A stretch of 41,645 nt of DNA from Octopus sinensis (lineage: Eukaryota). Under the pieces are notes generated by a model. That model did not search any database. It saw only the letters and a program-made list of their open reading frames with translations, and was not told the DNA's origin. The translations under genes were made by a program, and so were the position numbers. The stretch is taken from assembly GCF_006345805.1 (NCBI RefSeq), contig NW_021832934.1, forward strand, positions 1 through 41,645, written 5' to 3'. Positions 33,724 to 41,645 of this stretch are shown here, piece after piece; the stretch's first letter is position 1; every line of letters starts with the position of its first letter.

Positions 33724-35100
33724 ACTGATGGTTGTCGTGGTGGTGGTCGGGGTGGTGATGGTGGTGGTGGTGTGTCATTAGTCGTGATGAATGCTGTAAT
33801 TTTTATAGTTGTTACTGGTGGTGGTGGTGGCGGTGGTGGTGGTAGTAGCGGAGATATTGGTGGTGGTGGTGGTGGTGGTGGTGGTGGTAGTAGCGGAGAT
33901 ATTGGTGGTGGTGGTGGTGGTAGTGACGGTTGTAGTAGTGATGGTATCTTGTCCGTGTGGCGACATTGATGAGGTTGTTGTCGATGCCGTCAGTGACGGT
34001 GGTGGTGGTGGTGGTGGCAGTGGTGGTAGAGGTGGCAGTGGTAGGGGTAGCGGTGTTAATGGCAGCGATGGTGGCGCTGGCTCCATGATGGCAAAGGTGT
34101 GTGGGGGGGCAGATATGATGGTGGTGGTTCTAGTGGTTATGCTGGACATCGTGATGACGTCATAGTGGTGGAAGTGGTGTTGGTGGCGTTGGGGGTATTT
34201 TGGTTGTGCTATGCTTGTATGTAAGGAGGTGATGATGATGATGATGATGATGGTGGTAGTGGTGGGGATGTGGTGGTGAGGGTGGTAATGATAATAGTGG
34301 TTTCAGTCTGTGGTGGTAGCGATGCTGATGATGTTGGTGATGGTGATTGTGATGATGGTGACGGCATAAGCGGTGGTGCTAGTGGTGCCTGTGGGAGCGG
34401 CGCTGGTGGTAGTGGTGACGGTGGTTATTGTGGGGTTTGGAGACGATGATGGTGATGGTAGTGGTATTGATGATGATGATGATGATGGACGACGACGATA
34501 GCGTTAGTAGTGGTGATGGTGTTGATCGTGGTGGTGGTGGTGGTGGTGGTGAGGTTGGTTGTTGTGACTGAAGTGATATTTGCAACGGTGGTGGTGGTGG
34601 TGGTGGTGGTGGTGACGGTGGTGGAGCGGTGCTGATGGTGGTGGCGTGTAGGCGAGGTCGGAGGCCTTGTGAAATATCAACAAACAGCATCAGCCCCACG
34701 ATTAATGGGTGGCAGTGGTGGTGGGCTTGGGGGGATTCTGTTGTAGATATTGATGGTGACAATGTTTGGTTTGGGGAAGAAAGACCCAGGGAAGGGCGGG
34801 AGAGCGACAGTTAAGCGCAACTCGATGTCGCTTTGCTTTGTTTCTTGTTGTTGTTGTTGTTGTTGTCGCCAATGTACTTCCAGTCATTGTTGTTGCTGCT
34901 ATTGTCCACCTTCCCGAATTGTTTGTTTGTTGTTAATGGTGGCAGTATTATGTATTGTTGTTGTTGTTGTTGTTCTTGTTCTTGTTGATGCTGCTGCTGC
35001 AGCTGTTGATGATGATGATGATGATTATTATTATTATTATTATAGTGGTGGTGGAGGTGGTGGTGGTGGTGGTGGTGGTGGTGGTGATGTTGACGATGAT
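33170..35100. repeat. (GGT)/(GAT)/(GTT) trinucleotide low-complexity field
   Basis: Direct reading; explains the poly-V/G/T/P pseudo-ORFs. Confidence 0.92.
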
Positions 35101-35294
35101 GATGACGAAAAGCCGACATGCTTTGCAGAATTTCTTCCGGTTTCTTTACGTTCTGAGTTCAAATCTGTTAACTTTGTCTTTCTTCCTCCTGAAGTCGATA
35201 AAATAATGTACTTTTCAAGAACCAGGGTTCATGTAATCAACGTGACCCTTTCTAAAAACATTTCCTTAACCTTCTGCCAAAATATGAAGTAACA

Positions 35295-35406
35295 ACTATT
35301 ATTATTTTATTATTATCATCATTATTATTATTATTATATGATTATTATTATGTATTGTATTTTCATTATTATTATTATTATTATTTATTATTATTATTCT
35401 TTATTA

Positions 35407-35442
<36 letters not shown>

Positions 35443-35680
35443 CGTTATTTATGCTATTATTATTATCATTATTATTATTATATTATCATCATCATTATTA
35501 TTATTATTATTATTATTTTATTATCGTTATTATTATTATTATTATTAGTATTTTATTATTATTATATATTATTATTATTATTATTCGTTATTATTATTAT
35601 TATTATTCTATTATTATCATTATTATTATTATTTTATGATTATATTATTATTATTATCATTATTATATTATTTTTATTGA
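35295..35680. repeat. (TAT)n microsatellite
   Basis: Direct reading. Confidence 0.95.
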
Positions 35681-35992
35681 GTATGAAGGAGCCATTCTGA
35701 GGTTACACCTGTGATTTAAAAAGGTATTACAAAAGGAGAAAGGGGCTCTTTACTCCACTTTTTACCAGGCTCCCGTTGGCTTTTATGGGTTTTTCCACCA
35801 GGAACCTTTCGTAACGCCTCCCCCTATTGGGTGTTTTTCGTTGTTATATTTACGTTGTAAAACTGCTTTTTTACTCGGATTTCACAAACGGACAAAACCC
35901 TTTGTAACTTTCGTCCTGTTTTTGTCCCTTTATGTGATAATTGATTTTTGTCAGCCCTTGTGGCCAATAAAAGAATTTATTATTATTATCAT

Positions 35993-36395
35993 TGAGTGAG
36001 AGAGCAGCGCATTCCATCAAAGTGACACTGCGATACAGATATACGAAGCCCAGTATACCCATCATGACAACCCGTCTGATAAGGTTTCACCGGGCAAATG
36101 CATCACAACTAAATGTGCGCTACAGAGTGATCTCATATCAAGATAAACAGCGCATGACCTTGCAGGTAAGGCCCAGTCAGAATTTTCTTTAGGTTGAGTA
36201 GCCCGTCCCGCCCAAAAGGTCCCTGAATGAGGTTTGTTTAAGGATAATGAACACCCATGTTTGCAGAAGTGAATTATCCAAACCTGAAAGAATTCCTCTC
36301 AACACATGGCTGTAATGCTCCCCACTACTTCTGCTCGTAATCAGAGATGCACAGACCGTCAGCCACTAAGGGACATGCTCAACTGGTTATGGTCA
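35993..36395 (-). mobile_element. Second copy of the (TAA)n-associated non-coding element, truncated
   Basis: Collinear with 3661-4065; abuts a (TAT)n run at 35978-35992. Confidence 0.8.
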
Positions 36396-36540
36396 AACTG
36401 GTTCTAGTATAGGTGGTAGTAATGTGGTCGTGGGTAATCTTGATGAAGATCCAAACAGGAATCCTGATGATGGTGTTAGGGTCTTAAACGTGATTGTCGG
36501 CTTGCATTGTAGATTCTTATTATTATTGTTTGCAACCAAG

Positions 36541-36960
36541 GCGCCGAGCTGGCAGAATCGTTATCACGCTGGACGAAATGCTTAGCGGTATTTCGTCTGT
36601 CGCTGAGTTCTGAGTTCAAATTCCGTCGAGATCGACTTTGCCTTTCATTCTTTCGGGGTCGATTAATGAAGTACCAGTAAAACACTGGGGTCCCCTCTCC
36701 ACAAATGTGCATTTAGTAGAAAGGATTATTATTGTTTGTAGTAATGCAGCGAGCTGACAGAATTGTTACCGCGTCGAACAAAATGCTTAGGGGCATTTCA
36801 TGCAACATTACGACCTGAGTTCAAATGCCGCCAAAGCCTACTTTGCCTTTGATCCTTTCGGGGTTGATAAAATAAGCCCCAGTGAACACTGAGGGTCGAC
36901 GTAATCGATTTAACCCCTTCCCCAAATTGCTGGCCTTGTGCCAACATTTAAAATTAATAT
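36541..36960 (+). mobile_element. Two tandem SINEs (ggcggcgagctggcagaa family)
   Basis: 36541-36720 and 36748-36955 align to 23349-23520. Confidence 0.8.
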
Positions 36961-36971
36961 CATTATTGTTT

Positions 36972-37235
36972 ATATTAATTTTAAATATTGGCACAAGGCC
37001 AGCAATTTGGGGGAGGAGTTAAGTCGATTACGTCGACCCTCAGTGTTCACTGGGGCTTATTTTATCCACCCCAAAAGGATCAAAGGCAAAGTAAGATGTT
37101 TTGTTCATTATCCTTAAACAAACCTCATTCAGGGACCTTTTGGGCGGGACGGGCTACTCAACCTAAAGAAAATTCTGACTGGGCCCTACCTGTAAGGTCA
37201 TGCGCTGTTTATCTTGATATGAGATCACTCTGTAG
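36972..37235 (-). repeat. Local inverted duplication composed of 36839-36960 and 36120-36253
   Basis: 36972-37093 mirrors 36839-36960 (about 6 mismatches); 37102-37235 mirrors 36120-36253 (2 mismatches seen). Confidence 0.9.
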
Positions 37236-37792
37236 TAGGCGTTCAGCCCAAGGCCAGCCGATGGTACACCCGTGACCATCCAACTTATGTACTGAGAATG
37301 CTGGAACATGTCCAATGTGTCCGCTTCTAAGATGGTGAGATGTGATTTAAAGCACGTTTGACTGCTATTTTTAGCAACTGAAGCCACTACATAGATAGGT
37401 GCATAATCGTTGGCTTAGCTAAGCATTCCATCGTTGTTGTTGTCGTTGTTGTTGCAGGTGGTGGTGGTGGTGGTGGTGGTTTTGGTGGTGTGGTGGTTGA
37501 GCAGTGGTTGTACAATGTATTGTTGATGTTGCTATTGTTCTTAGTAATGGGTACTGCATTATCATGGATGTTCTTGTTGAGATAGTGGTGGTGGTGGAGA
37601 TGCTGACGTTGGTGGTGGCAATGGTGAGACAGTGGTGATGGTTTGGTGGTGGTGGTGGTGGTAGTGGTGGTTTGTAAACCAAATAATTTTGGCAAAGATT
37701 AGTTGTGTGACCATAAAATGGTGTTTTTGATGTTACCAGTGGCGGTGGTGATGGTGGTGGTGTTGGAGGCAATAGAAGTAGTGATGGGGTTG

Positions 37793-37824
<32 letters not shown>

Positions 37825-38100
37825 GGTGGTCGTCGTCGTCGTCATGGTCATGGCCGTTGTGGTGTTGATGGAAGGGAACCCAATTTCGCGGTTGCAGTAA
37901 AAGTTGTTGTCATTGCTGTTGTCTTCAATGCAGTTGTTGTGTTATAATGCTGCTGCTGCTACCGCTGTAGATGTTGTTGGTGTTGTTAGGGTGGCGTGGG
38001 ATTGGGTAGCGAGGAAGAAGAGATTGGCCGGCTATTAAACGGTGGCCGGAATAATGGAGATAACAGCAGAGAACAGCCAACTCTATAAGGAGAGAGAGCT

Positions 38101-38136
<36 letters not shown>

Positions 38137-38469
38137 AGAGGGAAAGAAGGAAAGAAAAGGGGGAGAGAGAGTGTGTGTCGGTGTATGTGCGTGTGTGTGT
38201 GTGTGTGAGCGGAGGAGGGGAGAGGAGGTGATAACACCTAAGTCGATATAAAGCTGTCTCTGCTTAAGTCCCCTTGTGACACTGTTTTGTCCACCTCGCT
38301 GCACAAGGGATCAGTGCTATTCACACACGCACACACACATACACACACGCGCATACATAGCTACATACACACATTTGCATACATACTTGCATACACAAAT
38401 ACACCCAATCATACACATATATACACACGTCACGAAAATATATACAAGCATAGAGTCAATTATATATAT

Positions 38470-38534
38470 TATGTGTGGGTTTACAATGTATAATACATAT
38501 ATATATATATACATGCATGTATATATATATGTAT

Positions 38535-38566
<32 letters not shown>

Positions 38567-38850
38567 GTATATATGTATATATATATACACATATATATAT
38601 GTATATATATATATATATATGTGTATATATATTATATGTATATATATATATATATATTATATATATATATATAAATAATACATATATATATGTGTATATA
38701 TAGGTATATATGTATATATGTATATATAGGTATATATATAATATATGTAATATTAATGCGTACCTTCACTAATAGACTCGTTTAAGTATACGATCATGCA
38801 AGTATGTATTCATGCATACTATCTACATACATTCATACATACATATATAT

Positions 38851-38892
<42 letters not shown>

Positions 38893-39345
38893 GGTGTGTG
38901 AGTGTACATATACAAGTATGTATGTATGTATGCATTAATGTGTGTGCGTGCGTGTAGGTATGTGTATGTATATATGTGCATATATATATGTTTGTGTGTG
39001 TGTGTATATATATATATAATATATATATATTATATATATATATTATATAGATATAATAATATATAATATTAGATATATATAACATGTATTCTCTACCTAC
39101 TTATATATATATGAATACATATTCCTGCATATATATATAAGTATATATATATCTATATATATATAACACACACACACACACACACATATATATACCTGTA
39201 TTATATATATATATACTATATAATATATATAATATATATATATAGATATATATAAATATATATATATATGTATATATAGTATATATATATACCACCCATA
39301 TATATAGATATATATATATATATAATACATAAGCGCATACATAGG
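38470..39345. repeat. (TA)n/(CA)n low-complexity field
   Basis: Direct reading. Confidence 0.95.
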
Positions 39346-39411
39346 TATGTATATATGGTGCCTAGAAGATATATACCCACACAGAGACCCACAGGCCACA
39401 CGCGCGCACAT

Positions 39412-39443
<32 letters not shown>

Positions 39444-40022
39444 TGGTTAAGCTCTCCATATTTAAACACAATTTTACATTCACGTGTTTATGGAGAAGTA
39501 TGGATGTTGCTGGTTCGCATGGATGCACACGAAACGAATGCGCATTCTCTATCCATGCACGATTTTGTTTTTGTTTTCCTTTCTTTCTTTGTATTTCCCT
39601 TTGTATTTTTATTGTTTTGTTTGATTGTTGTTTCTTATTTCGGTGCGGAAACAGTTGTCACATATACAGGGAGAGTGAATGATACGTTTAAGGCTTGAAC
39701 AATTAGCGATTAGGCCGATGTATTTAGAGATGGCATCAAACCATTGGAGGAAACAGATAGGCGATCTACAAATGGATCCCTTTATAGTTTATAGCAGTCT
39801 TAGTCGTGGGGGGTTCGCGCGCGCAGAGGGGCAAAACATTTAGAGAGAAAGAGACGGAGGCGGCGATGGCTCTTGCAGTTGGTGGCGGTAAACTGGTAGC
39901 TTGGTAGCTGGGACAGAACTGAGACGAAGGAGGAGGTAATTTCTTTTTGTTTTGTTATGTTTTCTTTTTTAATCTGTATTTATTTCATTGTTTTTATTAT
40001 TATTTTCTTTCTCTTCTTCCAG

Positions 40023-40125
40023 ATTAACCTTTTCATATAAGGCAGCCATATCAAGCCCGAACCCCGATAGCGCGCCATTGGGGTTAGTGTTGCTGTCGAT
40101 GTCGGTGGCGATTATATTATATTAA
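40023..40125 (+). CDS. Candidate terminal coding exon (phase 2): LTFSYKAAISSPNPDSAPLGLVLLSMSVAIILY*
   Basis: Long pyrimidine tract and ttcttcCAG| acceptor; only this frame stays open; hydrophobic C-terminus. Speculative. Confidence 0.25.
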
Positions 40126-40226
40126 TATGTGTTTTGGATTGTTTCTGGGTCTGCGTTTTGTGCGCATGTGCATGTGTGAGGGCAGGTACGTGTGTAAGAA
40201 CGTATACACATACATCATATATGTGT

Positions 40227-40260
<34 letters not shown>

Positions 40261-40261
40261 C

Positions 40262-40293
<32 letters not shown>

Positions 40294-40312
40294 GATATAT
40301 ATTAATATATTA

Positions 40313-40355
<43 letters not shown>

Positions 40356-40924
40356 TATGATAATATGAATTATGTATGTATGTATTGTGTATATATATAT
40401 ATATATATAATGCTGCACATATCTATTCAGGGACCTTTATGCATTACAGTTGTGTAATACGTTTAGCTTGGATAACTGGATATAATTCCGCTTAAGTGAT
40501 GTTTGTGTGTGCTTACATATATATACATATATATATACATATGTATATATATGTATATACATATATATATATATATATATGCGCACCTATATATATGTAT
40601 GTATACATGCAGCGGCGTGATCATTTGTCTGTACGTGTGTGTATGTAAATGTTCAGATGGAAAGGTATGTATGTATGGAAGGGGCGAAAGAGCTAAAATG
40701 TAGGTGGGATTTAACAGATATAATGTTTCCGTTAATGGGGTTCAACGATTTTATTGCCATATTTCGGGCCTGACATATGGCACAATTATAGCGAATGCAT
40801 ATCCATAAATAAAAGATATCTTTGTTAATGTCCATCCATTGTCCACATCATTCTGTCCAATGCTTTTCGTATCTGCGGGTTACAGTTTCAAATCTATGTG
40901 GAGTCTTACTTATCTTTTATTTTT

Positions 40925-41225
40925 TAATTGTTTCAGACTTTACACTGCGGCTATACTGGGGCACCACCTTGAACCTTGGTACTTATTCTATCATACTCTT
41001 TTGCCGAACCGCTATGTTACTGGGACGTAAACACGACATCACCTGTTGTTAAGCGGTGGTGGGCAATAAACCCACAGGCAAAGGCACATACGACTGGCTT
41101 CTTCCAGTTTCCGTCTACCAAATCCCTTCACAAGGCTTCCGTCGGCCCGAGGTTATTGTAAAAGACACTTGCCCAAGGTGCCACGATGTGGGACTGAACT
41201 TGGAACCACGTTGTTGAGAAACCCA
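40925..41225 (-). mobile_element. tRNA-derived SINE (long family), internally deleted
   Basis: Aligns to 4570-4945. Confidence 0.8.
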
Positions 41226-41238
41226 GACACATACTGGT

Positions 41239-41347
41239 CAGAGGCACTAAATTCGTGACCATCTCTTTCATATAGTGGTGTAGAGGCATTCCATTCGCAA
41301 CCATCACATTGATATAATGGTTCAACGACACTCCATTTGGGACCATC
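41239..41347. repeat. Degenerate 42-bp minisatellite, about 2.6 units
   Basis: Units start at 41239, 41281 and 41323 (c/tagaggcact..attcg..accat...). Confidence 0.75.
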
Positions 41348-41645
41348 CCGTTAATATATTGATTTCTACGAGCAATTTATCAAATGTGCTTCTCCCCTCT
41401 TAACTATACAGAGGCGGCAAAATACCGCACGTCAACGTTCTGCATGCAAAATGCAATAGGGCAGGGTGCCCTTAATCGTGAGGGCTTTTGCGGGGTTTCC
41501 GCTGGACCAGTCGAACTGATGTGTCAATGAGTCTCCTGAAACTTTGGAAACAAATATCCATGCCACGTACCTGAAAGGTGTAATACGATTACAGGAGGCC
41601 GACGACGTTAATGCTGTCAATAGGTCATCGGCGGGATGGTGGCTA

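Noticed and set aside
33092-35292. Gly/Val/Thr/Pro-rich ORFs suggesting a structural protein
   Set aside because: Trinucleotide low-complexity DNA with stops and frame changes in every frame.
39936-40022. 87-bp GT-AG mini-intron
   Set aside because: The upstream segment has stops in the relevant frames; it could be non-coding, but there is no support.
41400-41645. GC-richer segment with partly open frame (ETLETNIHATYLKGVIRLQEADDV)
   Set aside because: Stops upstream, no recognisable motif, truncated by the window end.

Overview
Eukaryotic, AT-rich DNA saturated with microsatellites, with no prokaryotic-style operon and no intact long ORF. Almost all entries in the supplied ORF track are simple-repeat artefacts. 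The repeat families and composition look like a coleoid cephalopod (octopus-type) genome; this is recognition from memory, not a database result. The window appears to be mostly intron of a plus-strand gene, of which two small in-frame exons are well supported (8896-8970 and 10399-10428; joined peptide YVAKYHGNCVVTDKIISAVFDDYTT|TKPTGPRLFT, not identified). The rest is decayed retroelements (two R4/Dong-like RLE LINE 3' ends, a CR1/L2-like RT, RTE fragments, two Penelope-like fragments covering RT and GIY-YIG), about 20 tRNA-derived SINE copies and a (TAA)n-embedded non-coding element. The most interesting signal is a dense set of about 9 minimal type I hammerhead ribozyme motifs from several unrelated short families. 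They include canonical, U3-A8, C4 and U6 core variants and sit in retrozyme/Penelope-pLTR-like units with terminal redundancy and head-to-head inversions. One insertion (12406-13080) keeps an 11-bp target-site duplication and has an architecture suggesting two-ended priming on a circular or multimeric RNA. All alignments and folds were done by eye, so coordinates may be off by a few bases.
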